From positions 1-25,910 of the IMG/VR virus record IMGVR_UViG_3300028633_000034: a stretch of 25,910 nt of DNA. One strand, 5' to 3'. This stretch comes from a virus. Its lineage: Duplodnaviria; Caudoviricetes. Position 1 is the stretch's first letter. Every line of letters begins with the position of its first letter. The position numbers were made by a program, and so were the translations under genes. Below the pieces are notes generated by a model that saw only the letters and a program-made list of their open reading frames with translations, searched no databases and had not been told where the DNA came from. This document shows positions 16,987 to 25,824 of the stretch, piece after piece.

Positions 16987-17612
16987 CTCGCTTTGATATT
17001 CTCTATCTCTCTGTTCAGAATGACTTGCGCTTCATCGGAGAGGCGACGGCAAAATGCCCACCCACCTTCGCTTTCATCAATGTACTTGTACAACGCAATG
17101 GTGTTATTCAACCGATTATATCTCCGTATAACCGGATGCTTAATATCATCCCAAAAGTAGCACCACTCGCCAGCCTTTGGCTCTTCCTTCAAAAAGAACT
17201 CTGCCCACTGGTCGAGGGTAATGAGTTGATGACCTTTGAAACATAATAAATTATCATCAAATTCATGTTCTTTGTTGTAAAACTTATAATCAAATCCGAC
17301 GTTCCCAACATTCTCACATTGCCATTTTTTGAATTTTTCCCACATCGGATGCCCATCATCCTTTTCCACCACCCACTTTTCAGGGGCTTCGGTTAGCTTG
17401 CGGGTTGCCCATGTGCCGTTATCGTAAATTAATCCATTTTTATTCCAAATCCTATAAGCACCATCAAATAATTCATCAATCTTTACATTCCCTTTTAGCA
17501 AATCTGAAGCATCAAACGGATAACTCTTTTCTTCTATCTCTGCCGTTTCCCAATCCTCGCCGAACCGAATTATCAGCTCAGCATAAATTTCTTTAAATGT
17601 TTGTGTTTTCAT
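16983..17612 (-). CDS. hypothetical protein
   Basis: 209 aa with an ATGA overlap with ninG. Confidence 0.7.
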   Translation of the reverse strand: MKTQTFKEIYAELIIRFGEDWETAEIEEKSYPFDASDLLKGNVKIDELFDGAYRIWNKNGLIYDNGTWATRKLTEAPEKWVVEKDDGHPMWEKFKKWQCENVGNVGFDYKFYNKEHEFDDNLLCFKGHQLITLDQWAEFFLKEEPKAGEWCYFWDDIKHPVIRRYNRLNNTIALYKYIDESEGGWAFCRRLSDEAQVILNREIENIKAR

Positions 17613-17631
17613 TGCTTTTGGTTTTTAAAAG

Positions 17632-17745
17632 TTAATGTATTTTCTTTCTTTTCTCGAAAATCGCCCACACTTCATCTTGCTGCGCAGGTGTTAAATCTGC
17701 AAAATACTTTCCATACAATTCGTATGCAATCTGATTTATATTCAT
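17632..17745 (-). CDS. small hypothetical protein
   Basis: Hand translation MNINQIAYELYGKYFADLTPAQQDEVWAIFEKRKKIH*. Fills the operon gap. Confidence 0.5.
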   Translation of the reverse strand: MNINQIAYELYGKYFADLTPAQQDEVWAIFEKRKKIH

Positions 17746-17757
17746 AATTTCTAAGTT

Positions 17758-18003
17758 TTAAAAGTTAACAAACGGTTCACTATTTTGCTCTAAAATATCC
17801 TTGTACGCCAGCAGCTCATCCAGCGTAGCCCGAAAGTGAATATTGCCGTTGTGCTTCTTTACTCTCATCATGCCAACCTCGACGAACTTCCTGCCATCGG
17901 CAATCTGGACAGCCCCGATTCTTACAGACGGAAATTCCCTTTGCCTTGAGAAAAAATCCTCAAGAACTTTAATCTCCAAATCCCATTTTCCATTCTTTGC
18001 CAT
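17758..18003 (-). CDS. hypothetical protein
   Basis: Likely start MAKNGKWDL at 18003; the track ORF extends to 18054. Confidence 0.6.
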   Translation of the reverse strand: MAKNGKWDLEIKVLEDFFSRQREFPSVRIGAVQIADGRKFVEVGMMRVKKHNGNIHFRATLDELLAYKDILEQNSEPFVNF

Positions 18004-18056
18004 CTTATATGCGTTTTTAGCCATTAACATTATTTTGCAGTACCGTAGTACCAAAA

Positions 18057-18263
18057 TTACTTTTCGTTTAAAATATCGCCACGTAGGATGGCTTTATTCG
18101 CATTTTCCTGAGAAGGTTTTTCTTCGCCATTCGGATTGTAATTTAATCCGCAATTTTTGCATACCAATCTCGGCTGCGAGAAATCCCACTCGATGCTGTT
18201 TCCACAAGCACAAGTTACGGTAAATTTCACAGTTTTCAAAATGTCGCCTAATAGAAGTGCCAT
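18057..18263 (-). CDS. small zinc-ribbon protein
   Basis: CACG...CKNCG. Confidence 0.55.
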   Translation of the reverse strand: MALLLGDILKTVKFTVTCACGNSIEWDFSQPRLVCKNCGLNYNPNGEEKPSQENANKAILRGDILNEK

Positions 18264-18278
18264 AATTTTAAGTTTTTG

Positions 18279-20033
18279 TTAAAATGGTATATTGTTATCT
18301 ATCTCTCCGAAATCCCATAGCTCAGCAGGAACTTCCCGCTTGTGTAGCCAGTTGGAATTATCCCATTGCAGTACATCCTTATCAAAGGCTTCATACCGCC
18401 CGTTGTTATAGTTCCTTTTACACTTCACCTCACCGCCTTCGCCCAAGTAGGAAAACTTTATTTTCTGAAAGCGTATGTAAACCTCGTTGATGGGATTCTC
18501 CTTGTCGCCGTAAAGCCTGAATACAGTTATCCCGTAATCGCACTTGTTGTAGAAGTGTGCTGAGCCGCTAATATCGTACAGGTTTGGAATCTCAAGTTTG
18601 CCGTTCTCTTTACCCATCTTTCGAGGGTGCGCCACAAGGAATACCAGCACATCGTACCGCTTGGCAAACATGGTAAGCCTATCCAGCACTCGGCTGATAT
18701 ACTCCGTTTCGGTTTCATTCTTTCCCCTCAAATGCTCAATCTTGTTGTATGGGTCGAGAACGAATACCTTGATGCCGTATTTCTTTACTAAGTATTTACC
18801 TTTCTCCAAAATATTCTCAATACTTAAATCCTCTTCTGGGAGTATGAAGTGAAAATTATCCTCAATGTAATCGAATACCTCATCATACTCAGCGTTATCA
18901 ATGTTCGGTGCTTTGAATCGCTTACCCGTTAACTTTGATGCTATCTTTGCATAGTGATTGCGGATAGGTATATTCTCAGGTGAGAAATAGCCAACCTTGA
19001 ATCCATGCTCAATGTTTAGTTTAGCAGCAATGTAATCAACAAATTCGCTCTTGCCATGCCCAGGAATCCCCGTTACCACAGCTAATCGCCTTGTTTCCCA
19101 CTTGCAACAATCATCAAACGTTACATCCCACACCAAACCGCTATCCTCACCGTTGAGGTAGAAGTTGTAAATATCATCCCGTTCGGCTTTCAGGTTTACT
19201 ATATCGGTTACGGGAATATCAATGGCATCCTTTATTGTATCAGCCAAAGCAATACCACCGTACTTCAAAAGGTACTCGTTGGCATCCTTGCAATCCTTAA
19301 AGTTTACCAAGGCGCATCGCTCCGTACCAAAACGCCTCTCCAGCTCATACCTCAACTCGTAGCCTTTCGGATCGCTATCAACGGCTAAGTAGATTTTGGT
19401 AACGTGATTAAACCAATCCATGTAGCCGTTCAGGTAGTCGCTATTGCTACTAGCCCCTGCCGGAACGCTCACCACATTTTTAACCCCGACACATAAGTAA
19501 GAGAGCAAATCCATTTCTCCTTCAACAATTACAATCTCATTATTTGATTTTACTACATCAATATTCCACAGGATTAGCTCGGCTCCCGAAACAACCTTGA
19601 ACGATTTTTGCGCTCCCCGATACTTCACATTAACAACAGCTCCATCCTTTTTGTACGGAAACGCAATGCACTCAACCTCTTTCTGAAACTGCGGCATCCA
19701 CTCTTTCACCGATACGATGCCCATTGCATTGAGTACATCCTGCTTTATCATCCGTCCGGTAAACCATTTTACAGCCTTATCGGTTAATCCCGTTCTATTC
19801 TCCCATTGCGGAACGGTAAACTCTTTCTCCTTTTGCTCTCGATGCAGCATGAAGGTTGCCCCACAGTGGTTGCAGTAGCCAACCATTTTCTCGTTGTTCC
19901 AGTTGAACGGTTTTTTCTTTTGGTTAGCCGGCTTGCGATTTTTGGAACACTCCGGACAAACCATTGAGTTCTCCCCGTTGCGATTCGGTTCTATTTCATA
20001 AACCGTGCGTGTATGTAGTGAGATTATTTTCAT
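18279..20033 (-). CDS. bifunctional primase-helicase (T7 gp4/Twinkle-like)
   Basis: Zn-binding CPEC..CNHC, TOPRIM VEGEMD and DSD..G, KDANE, Walker A GIPGHGKS, LDPYN, LVAHPRK, DISGSAHF. Confidence 0.92.
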   Translation of the reverse strand: MKIISLHTRTVYEIEPNRNGENSMVCPECSKNRKPANQKKKPFNWNNEKMVGYCNHCGATFMLHREQKEKEFTVPQWENRTGLTDKAVKWFTGRMIKQDVLNAMGIVSVKEWMPQFQKEVECIAFPYKKDGAVVNVKYRGAQKSFKVVSGAELILWNIDVVKSNNEIVIVEGEMDLLSYLCVGVKNVVSVPAGASSNSDYLNGYMDWFNHVTKIYLAVDSDPKGYELRYELERRFGTERCALVNFKDCKDANEYLLKYGGIALADTIKDAIDIPVTDIVNLKAERDDIYNFYLNGEDSGLVWDVTFDDCCKWETRRLAVVTGIPGHGKSEFVDYIAAKLNIEHGFKVGYFSPENIPIRNHYAKIASKLTGKRFKAPNIDNAEYDEVFDYIEDNFHFILPEEDLSIENILEKGKYLVKKYGIKVFVLDPYNKIEHLRGKNETETEYISRVLDRLTMFAKRYDVLVFLVAHPRKMGKENGKLEIPNLYDISGSAHFYNKCDYGITVFRLYGDKENPINEVYIRFQKIKFSYLGEGGEVKCKRNYNNGRYEAFDKDVLQWDNSNWLHKREVPAELWDFGEIDNNIPF

Positions 20034-20815
20034 CGGTACATGGGAGTTATTTTAGGTTCGGTTGGTTTATTATTTTCAGCACGTTTCAAAAAAACATCAA
20101 TATACTTCACTCCATCCTTATTTTTTGAACGCAACTTGTTTGGTGATAGAAAATTTTGCTGCCAAAAATTATCATTAACCGCAAATGTTATCGCTCTTTT
20201 TATTTGCTCAACCGAATATCCATCAATTCGCATTAGTTTATCCAGCGTATCAAAAGAACTATTGATGTATTTTTTCTCTAAATATTTTTCACAAAATTCA
20301 GCAAGTAAAAAAACATCTTGGCTGTATTCTTTAATTTCTTCTAGTTGTTCAGTTTCTGAATTAAATAATAATTCTAATTTTTCAATCACCTCGTTAATAG
20401 GTTTACTATTTAATAAGTTTAATAGTTTATCTATACTAACCGTGCTTTGGACTTGCTTTGCCATGTGCTTTGTACTTGCTTTGGTAAGTGCTTTGGTAAG
20501 TGCTTTGGTATTTTTTACCAGAGCAATTATGTTTGCTGAATACTGATTTTTGGACTTTTCAACCATCCTTATAAAGCCCGTATCTATTAGTATATTTAAT
20601 GCTTTTATGTACGTTTTATAATTCTTAATTCCGATTGCATCCATAGCCATAGATGTTGGCAGCCTAAATACCTGCTTCCACCCCATCCTATTAGAGTGTT
20701 CTATAATGAAAAAATATAGAGCCGTGGATGTGGGGTTGGCTATGTTGGGATTTTCATACATGAAGTTAAAAAAATCCTTTGATAATTCGTAGCCTGTCAA
20801 TGATTTTTCGTCCAT
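20030..20815 (-). CDS. phage replication initiator (lambda O-like architecture)
   Basis: N-terminal wHTH (ALYFFIIEHSNRMGW), repeat-rich linker and C-terminal FWQQNFLSPNKLR. Directly upstream of the primase-helicase. Confidence 0.75.
   Translation of the reverse strand: MDEKSLTGYELSKDFFNFMYENPNIANPTSTALYFFIIEHSNRMGWKQVFRLPTSMAMDAIGIKNYKTYIKALNILIDTGFIRMVEKSKNQYSANIIALVKNTKALTKALTKASTKHMAKQVQSTVSIDKLLNLLNSKPINEVIEKLELLFNSETEQLEEIKEYSQDVFLLAEFCEKYLEKKYINSSFDTLDKLMRIDGYSVEQIKRAITFAVNDNFWQQNFLSPNKLRSKNKDGVKYIDVFLKRAENNKPTEPKITPMYR
20443..20510. repeat. iteron-like repeats (putative origin) inside the initiator gene
   Basis: TGCTTTG at 20443, 20454, 20466, 20477, 20489 and 20501 (spacing 11, 12, 11, 12, 12), next to an AT-rich tract. 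Confidence 0.7.
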
Positions 20816-20817
20816 GG

Positions 20818-21555
20818 TTAACCCTCCATAAAATATCTGAATGATGCCCAATTGCGAAATTCATCATTAACAAGAAGTTCTTGTAATTCATCCAAATTTC
20901 CGCCATCCTTATAGAAATTATTAAGCATTATGCTGGTTTTCCTTGCATCATAATAATCAAATTTATTTCTGCATATCCCTTTAATGTATGCTATTTGCTG
21001 AATGTGAGGAGGCTTATTTTTAAGAATTAATATTCCACCCAATTTATTCATCATAATATTAAAAGTTTCAGCGTCATTCTTGTAGTATTTATCTACACCA
21101 ATGTCTATTGCCTCAAACACATTAGCAACTCCAAATTTGTCTATTAGATTAGTTATATTATTTAATCCTGTATCATTTAACTCATATCCTGTTTTTTTAG
21201 TAATGTAATTATGAACAGCATTAATGCTGTCTGATTTTAAATCCAAAAGGCCATTTCTCCACTCAAGCATCATTTCTAACTGTTGCCTTCTTATGTTTAA
21301 TTCCTCAATCTGTTTGCGCTGTTTTTCAACAACAGTTTTGTCAGATAATTCTCTTGCCCCCTTACCTCTGTTGCATATATAGCAACTGGTTATAAGGTTA
21401 AGTAAATCATTTGTACCTCCCTCTTTGACTGGTTTAATGTGGTCAACCTCAAGGATAACGTCAGGAGCCTTTAGCCCACAGTATTGACACGTAAACGAAT
21501 CCCGCTTGAATACCTCAAAGCGAAGTTTCTTTGAAATTGGCTGTCTTTTTGCCAT
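20818..21555 (-). CDS. HNH endonuclease-domain protein
   Basis: RFEVFKRDSFTCQYCG...LEVDHIKP..GGTND..NLITSCYICNRGK. ATG at 21555. Confidence 0.88.
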   Translation of the reverse strand: MAKRQPISKKLRFEVFKRDSFTCQYCGLKAPDVILEVDHIKPVKEGGTNDLLNLITSCYICNRGKGARELSDKTVVEKQRKQIEELNIRRQQLEMMLEWRNGLLDLKSDSINAVHNYITKKTGYELNDTGLNNITNLIDKFGVANVFEAIDIGVDKYYKNDAETFNIMMNKLGGILILKNKPPHIQQIAYIKGICRNKFDYYDARKTSIMLNNFYKDGGNLDELQELLVNDEFRNWASFRYFMEG

Positions 21556-21575
21556 TCTTTTACCCTCCAATAACA

Positions 21576-21711
21576 AAACCCCCACAAAGCAAAAAACCAC
21601 TGGCTGCCGTGAGGTGTACCGAAACCTCTGCCAATGGTAATTTGCCCGTGAGGGTTGTATTTAAGTATGTAAAAAACTCTTTTTTCATCTCGGTACTTTT
21701 TTAATTCGGCA
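21576..21711 (-). ncRNA. C4/CI-like structured antisense leader RNA (candidate)
   Basis: Long hairpin 21576-21656 whose loop and bulge are complementary to two boxes in the same leader (21690-21696 and 21707-21711). Confidence 0.55.
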
Positions 21712-21714
21712 CTA

Positions 21715-21744
21715 CAAATATAAGCAATGTTTTTTAATTTGCAA
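21715..21744 (-). promoter_or_regulatory. Bacteroidota sigma-A promoter candidate
   Basis: -7 box TATATTTG (TAnnTTTG consensus) with TTG at -33 spacing. Confidence 0.6.
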
Positions 21745-21818
21745 CTAAATTGATGAAATATTTTTAAAAGAATTTTCTCCACGAAGGAGAGTTCTTTCTC
21801 AGCTCATCAAATCGCTTG

Positions 21819-22019
21819 TTATTCAGTTTTAGTTCTGTTTAACTCCTTAGAATAATCAATAACCATTTTCTCAACGAACTGGTTTAACTTCATGTGGTGC
21901 TGCCTCCTTGCAAACGGTTCTAACCTATTGTAAGCCTCAACTGGCAGCACTATGCGAACAGGGATTAACTCCCCGTCCGCAATCATCTGCATTTGTGTTT
22001 TTCTCTTAATCTTTGCCAT
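21819..22019 (-). CDS. small putative ribbon-helix-helix DNA-binding protein
   Basis: PVRIVLPVEAYNRLEPFARR...KLNQFVEKMV pattern. Confidence 0.5.
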   Translation of the reverse strand: MAKIKRKTQMQMIADGELIPVRIVLPVEAYNRLEPFARRQHHMKLNQFVEKMVIDYSKELNRTKTE

Positions 22020-22026
22020 TTCTTAA

Positions 22027-22368
22027 CTATTTTACGGTGAAATAATCCTCTATGTAATCGGCCAATTCGCTCAGCTCTTGGCTCTCGGTGAAGTATAGCG
22101 GCTCTCCGTTCTCGTTCCACTTGGTTAGCGTATCCACAACGCATTCCTTCGTTTTTAAGGTGTAATATTCTTCTCGGTTTCCGTATTCATCTGAACCGCC
22201 ATAATGCTTTTCAAAGGTTCGGTAGATGTTGGCTCGAACTTCATACTCAAAATCTCCTTCGCTTAGCTGTTCGTGAATAACGGAAATCTCGTTGCTAATA
22301 TCATCTGCCTGTTCAATGGCATAAATGATTCGCTCTTTCAGCGTTTGTTCTTCAAATGAAGTAGTCAT
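22027..22368 (-). CDS. acidic hypothetical protein
   Basis: Likely ATG at 22368 (MTTSFEE). Very D/E-rich. Confidence 0.6.
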   Translation of the reverse strand: MTTSFEEQTLKERIIYAIEQADDISNEISVIHEQLSEGDFEYEVRANIYRTFEKHYGGSDEYGNREEYYTLKTKECVVDTLTKWNENGEPLYFTESQELSELADYIEDYFTVK

Positions 22369-22573
22369 GGCTCTGTTCTTTTTTGTTTTTTTCATCGGCT
22401 TTTGTAAATGATAAGCTCATGTACTTATTGCCGTTTTTGCTCTCTCTAATCCACGAAGCAATGTAATACTCTGCTCCACCGATAAAACATTTACCTCTGT
22501 AATCGGGATGCTTTTCGGTTTCCTTCTTTGCGTTTTTGAATAACGCACCGCTATTGTCCTTTTGGTTGCTCAT
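22352..22573 (-). CDS. DUF736-like putative ssDNA-binding protein
   Basis: NSGALFKN..KETEKHPDYRG...IASW...GNKYMSLS. Confidence 0.65.
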   Translation of the reverse strand: MSNQKDNSGALFKNAKKETEKHPDYRGKCFIGGAEYYIASWIRESKNGNKYMSLSFTKADEKNKKEQSHDYFI

Positions 22574-22823
22574 TTTTCTGTTGTTTTTCGTTTAACAATT
22601 CTATTGCTGTATCTAAAGCCAACTTCATCATGGCTATCGTTTTTCTCAGTTCAAGTTTCTGAAACTTCAATGGTTTTGCATACTCAATTGCTCCGCTTAA
22701 CGATGTAAAAAATCCATCGCAATAGCAAAAATCATCGAACAATTCATCTTTACGTAGCGTACTTTCTCTGTGCGCCTCAAATAAGATTTCTCTCATTTCT
22801 TCTTTTAATCCTTGCTGTTCCAT
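22551..22823 (-). CDS. hypothetical protein
   Basis: 90-aa ORF in the operon. Confidence 0.55.
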   Translation of the reverse strand: MEQQGLKEEMREILFEAHRESTLRKDELFDDFCYCDGFFTSLSGAIEYAKPLKFQKLELRKTIAMMKLALDTAIELLNEKQQKNEQPKGQ

Positions 22824-22849
22824 AGTGTTTAAAGTTAGTAAATTATTGT

Positions 22850-23284
22850 TTAAAAATACTGCAAATTCCGTTTAAATTCTTCTTCTGTTACGTGTTTTAG
22901 AAAGATTCTAAATAGCACGCTTAAAACATTATCGTACAAATCCTGAAATTCGCTCTCACTCATAGCATCAAAGGCTATGGATTTTGGCGTTTCGATCCAT
23001 TCTTTGCGTTCAATGGAGTAAATCAAATCGCAATGCCCAGCCGCCATTTCAACGGTTTTCCTGAATAGCTCGATATTGCTTTTGAAATGCTCAACCACCT
23101 TTTCATTCTGATATTCCCATGCACACTGAATGAGAGCGAAATACTTCTTGTGAAATTCATAGTTCCGCACCTCACGGATTGAAACTTGGTACACACTCCC
23201 GATTTTTAACTTCCTCTTTACATCGAAATCCGTATCGGTTGCGGGGATCAATCCCGTTGCCGTATTTACCACGTTAAATTTCAT
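22850..23284 (-). CDS. DUF1367 family protein
   Basis: RNYEFHKKYFAL, AGHCD, PKSIAFDAMSESEFQDLY. Confidence 0.8.
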   Translation of the reverse strand: MKFNVVNTATGLIPATDTDFDVKRKLKIGSVYQVSIREVRNYEFHKKYFALIQCAWEYQNEKVVEHFKSNIELFRKTVEMAAGHCDLIYSIERKEWIETPKSIAFDAMSESEFQDLYDNVLSVLFRIFLKHVTEEEFKRNLQYF

Positions 23285-24171
23285 TTCAGGCTTATTTTTA
23301 CCGAACCATTCACGTTCGATACCTTGATAAACTGCTTGTAAATCTCAGGATGCACCTCTTTGAGTGCCTTTGAATCCAGCGTTTCACGGGTGTAATCAGC
23401 GGCTTTGGTAATGGTGAAGTAATTCGTATCCCACTTATCCACTCCCAAATCGGTAAACATAGCCTCAATGCGCTGCTTGTACTCCTTTTCCAGCTCTTTA
23501 TACTCCTCGATTTTGCTCAGGATATTGGCGTGTTCTTTGATTAAGTTCAGCGCAATTTCATCATTATCGCTCTTTGCTATCGTGAATGGATTGCTGAACT
23601 CCGTGCCGTTCCTTGCTGCATTGAGAAAATCAATCACATATCGCTCTGGTACCGGATCAACCTCAAACAGCTCAACCCGTTCCTTTTTTCGATTCAGCCA
23701 AATAGCCATCAGCCCAGCAACCTCAATATCGGGATTAACGATTTTGAAAAGGTGCTGGTAAATGGATAGCTGCCAGCGTAGGTAATCGGTTTGAAGGTTC
23801 GATGTGGTTTTAATATCGGCAAGGTAAATTTTGCCGTTAGCCTTTATAACCCTATCAATTGGCGATGCAAAGAACTCAAAATCGGTAACAATGTACTCCA
23901 TAGCCACAACCTTAATACCTTTCATAGCCTCAGCATACCATTCAACCTCTTTATTTTCACAAGTGCCGAATAAATCGTAAACCTGTGTGAAGTGGTGAAA
24001 ATCGCTACCTCGCTCTGCTGCCTTATTCAAAACGTGTTCGGGAACGTTAGCGTACAAATTTGGGAATAGTATATCGTTTAGATATTTGGTAATCCCTTTA
24101 TACTCCTTTGAGCCATCGCTGTAATGGCGGTACGGCTCGTTAACCAGCTTGATGTTTGTGATGTTAAGCAT
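23281..24171 (-). CDS. PD-(D/E)xK exonuclease, likely partner of ERF
   Basis: AAERGSDFH, PIDRV...LADIKTT, WQLSIY. Confidence 0.8.
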   Translation of the reverse strand: MLNITNIKLVNEPYRHYSDGSKEYKGITKYLNDILFPNLYANVPEHVLNKAAERGSDFHHFTQVYDLFGTCENKEVEWYAEAMKGIKVVAMEYIVTDFEFFASPIDRVIKANGKIYLADIKTTSNLQTDYLRWQLSIYQHLFKIVNPDIEVAGLMAIWLNRKKERVELFEVDPVPERYVIDFLNAARNGTEFSNPFTIAKSDNDEIALNLIKEHANILSKIEEYKELEKEYKQRIEAMFTDLGVDKWDTNYFTITKAADYTRETLDSKALKEVHPEIYKQFIKVSNVNGSVKISLK

Positions 24172-24706
24172 TTTTGAAATATTCGTTGAAGTAGTTAACT
24201 AAATCCTGCCTGAACTCCTTGTATTCGGGATTGCTGCACATCTTACGTGCTTCTTCTTTGTCCGTAACCCTTTCGGCTAATGCCATAACTTCCTCATAGG
24301 TAACGCTCGGTTTAGCATCCTTGCCATGAGTATTCGTAGCATCGGGGTCTTTTGTATCGTCAATGCAAAACAGCCCGTTCATTGCATATTTCCTTGCATA
24401 GCTGCTTGCGCTTCCAGTTATTTGCGCTCCATCCATGCCTTTCTTGGATTCTTCCTCCCGTGCAAAGGCTGAAACGGTAACCGATTGCCCCTCGGCATTG
24501 GTAACGGTTGCAATAGCCTTGATGTAGTACCTTTCGCCCACTTGCACAACTTCATCAGTGAGTGTTAATGTGCATTCGTTGGCTGCAAGTAACGGCTTAA
24601 CGGCTTCGAGAATGTCCTCAGCACTGCGGTACTTGTAGCCGCCAAACTTGTTAAACTGCCCTTTCGGGGCTTTCAATTCGCTCTGAATTTTTACCAGCTC
24701 TTTCAT
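24164..24706 (-). CDS. erf: ERF-family ssDNA annealing protein
   Basis: LKAPKGQFNKFGGYKYRSAEDIL, AQITGSASSYARKYA, DDTKDPD. Confidence 0.92.
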   Translation of the reverse strand: MKELVKIQSELKAPKGQFNKFGGYKYRSAEDILEAVKPLLAANECTLTLTDEVVQVGERYYIKAIATVTNAEGQSVTVSAFAREEESKKGMDGAQITGSASSYARKYAMNGLFCIDDTKDPDATNTHGKDAKPSVTYEEVMALAERVTDKEEARKMCSNPEYKEFRQDLVNYFNEYFKNA

Positions 24707-24710
24707 ACAT

Positions 24711-24977
24711 TTAATTTTTATTGGTTAGTGAAATTTGATGTATCTGCTTTGCTGCTCCCATTGTGATTACCTCACCATCACACTCGATGGCGAATTTCAA
24801 ATAGGGATGCAGCTTGGCAAATCGTTTCGCTTTATCCAGTTCGGAAAGTTTGAAAGTTTTGTATCGCTGCCCGTAGAAGTGAATCCTGTATTTCGGAACA
24901 CGAAGTTGCCGCCCAATACCAACCACAAAGGGCAGTATCAGAACGGCAACTATCAGTATGGCGAGTAGTGCTTTCAT
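24711..24977 (-). CDS. hypothetical membrane-anchored protein
   Basis: Hydrophobic N-terminus; ATGA overlap with the upstream gene. Confidence 0.6.
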   Translation of the reverse strand: MKALLAILIVAVLILPFVVGIGRQLRVPKYRIHFYGQRYKTFKLSELDKAKRFAKLHPYLKFAIECDGEVITMGAAKQIHQISLTNKN

Positions 24978-25285
24978 CGTGTCAAACTAAGCAGAAAATA
25001 ATACACTGCTGGAGTTGTCTGAATGTAATAGCCCTTTGCACCGCCTCTCGGTGAATCATTCCCAGTATCCTTGATTTTGCCACCCTGCGATTCAATGAGC
25101 ATTTTAACGTAATTGCTCGCATCATAAACAGATGTGAACCTCCCACTCCCATGATAATACTTCGGGTAAATTTTGCAGTCATTACCAAAATGGCAATTGC
25201 TAATCATCCTCTTGATTTGCTGATTAATTTCGCCCTTCTTTGTCATAAGTAAGGCTTTCGTTCTGTTTGTCATTTTTGTTTTCAT
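24974..25285 (-). CDS. hypothetical protein
   Basis: 103 aa, with GSGRFTS and GNDSPRGG segments. Confidence 0.65.
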   Translation of the reverse strand: MKTKMTNRTKALLMTKKGEINQQIKRMISNCHFGNDCKIYPKYYHGSGRFTSVYDASNYVKMLIESQGGKIKDTGNDSPRGGAKGYYIQTTPAVYYFLLSLTR

Positions 25286-25384
25286 TGTGCTTTGTTTTTA
25301 GTTCAACTTTGTGTTTTCATTGTACTTTATGTTTTGGTTATTAAAATGTGAGCAGTTTAGCCACATGCTCAGGTGGTTATGCTA

Positions 25385-25636
25385 CTATTCAAACACATTA
25401 AAATTTTTCAACTCATTTGCGACAACATCTTTGATGATTAGTTTGGCAATAAAAGCCAATCCATCATTATCAATACTATCAATACTTGATGAATTTGAAT
25501 CTTTTGCAGCCTTTTTGTAATTCTCAACGTGTTGCATGGCATTTTTAAGCATTGATTTGTGCATCCCAATTAACACTACTTCTATTGCTTTTTGCAATAT
25601 TTTCATTCTGTCTTTTCCTTGTGCTTGTGTTTTCAT
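25385..25636 (-). CDS. hypothetical protein
   Basis: 83 aa, first gene after the promoter at about 25700. Confidence 0.6.
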   Translation of the reverse strand: MKTQAQGKDRMKILQKAIEVVLIGMHKSMLKNAMQHVENYKKAAKDSNSSSIDSIDNDGLAFIAKLIIKDVVANELKNFNVFE

Positions 25637-25698
25637 GATTTCTGTGTTTTTAGTTCAACTTTGTGTTTTTGTGTTAGTGTGTTTATCAAATTATACGG

Positions 25699-25782
25699 TA
25701 AAATTAAAACATTGTTTCATATTTTGCAAATTTTTTACATTATTTTTTAATTATTTATGCTAATTTATATCCATTCTAAATA
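25699..25782 (-). promoter_or_regulatory. Bacteroidota-type promoter with upstream 22-bp box (copy 2)
   Basis: TTTGCAAAATATG...TAATTTTACCGTATAA, plus the box TAATTTATATCCATTCTAAATA (25761-25782). Confidence 0.6.
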
Positions 25783-25790
25783 AGAGCAGC

Positions 25791-25824
25791 AAAAGAGGGA
25801 GCAGTGCAATGCACCAACTCCCTC
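25791..25824 (-). terminator. possible intrinsic terminator
   Basis: GAGGGAG..GTGCATTGCAC..CTCCCTC followed by TTTT on the minus strand. Confidence 0.5.

Noticed and set aside
21471-21782. 103-aa minus-strand ORF
   Set aside because: It spans the promoter and structured leader and overlaps the HNH start. A shorter leader peptide cannot be excluded.
23281-24171. Cas4/CRISPR-associated nuclease
   Set aside because: No Fe-S cysteine cluster and no array. Adjacency to ERF indicates a recombination exonuclease.
4692-25763. Remaining short plus-strand ORFs in the track
   Set aside because: Nearly all lie antisense to well-supported minus-strand genes, and none shows recognisable motifs.
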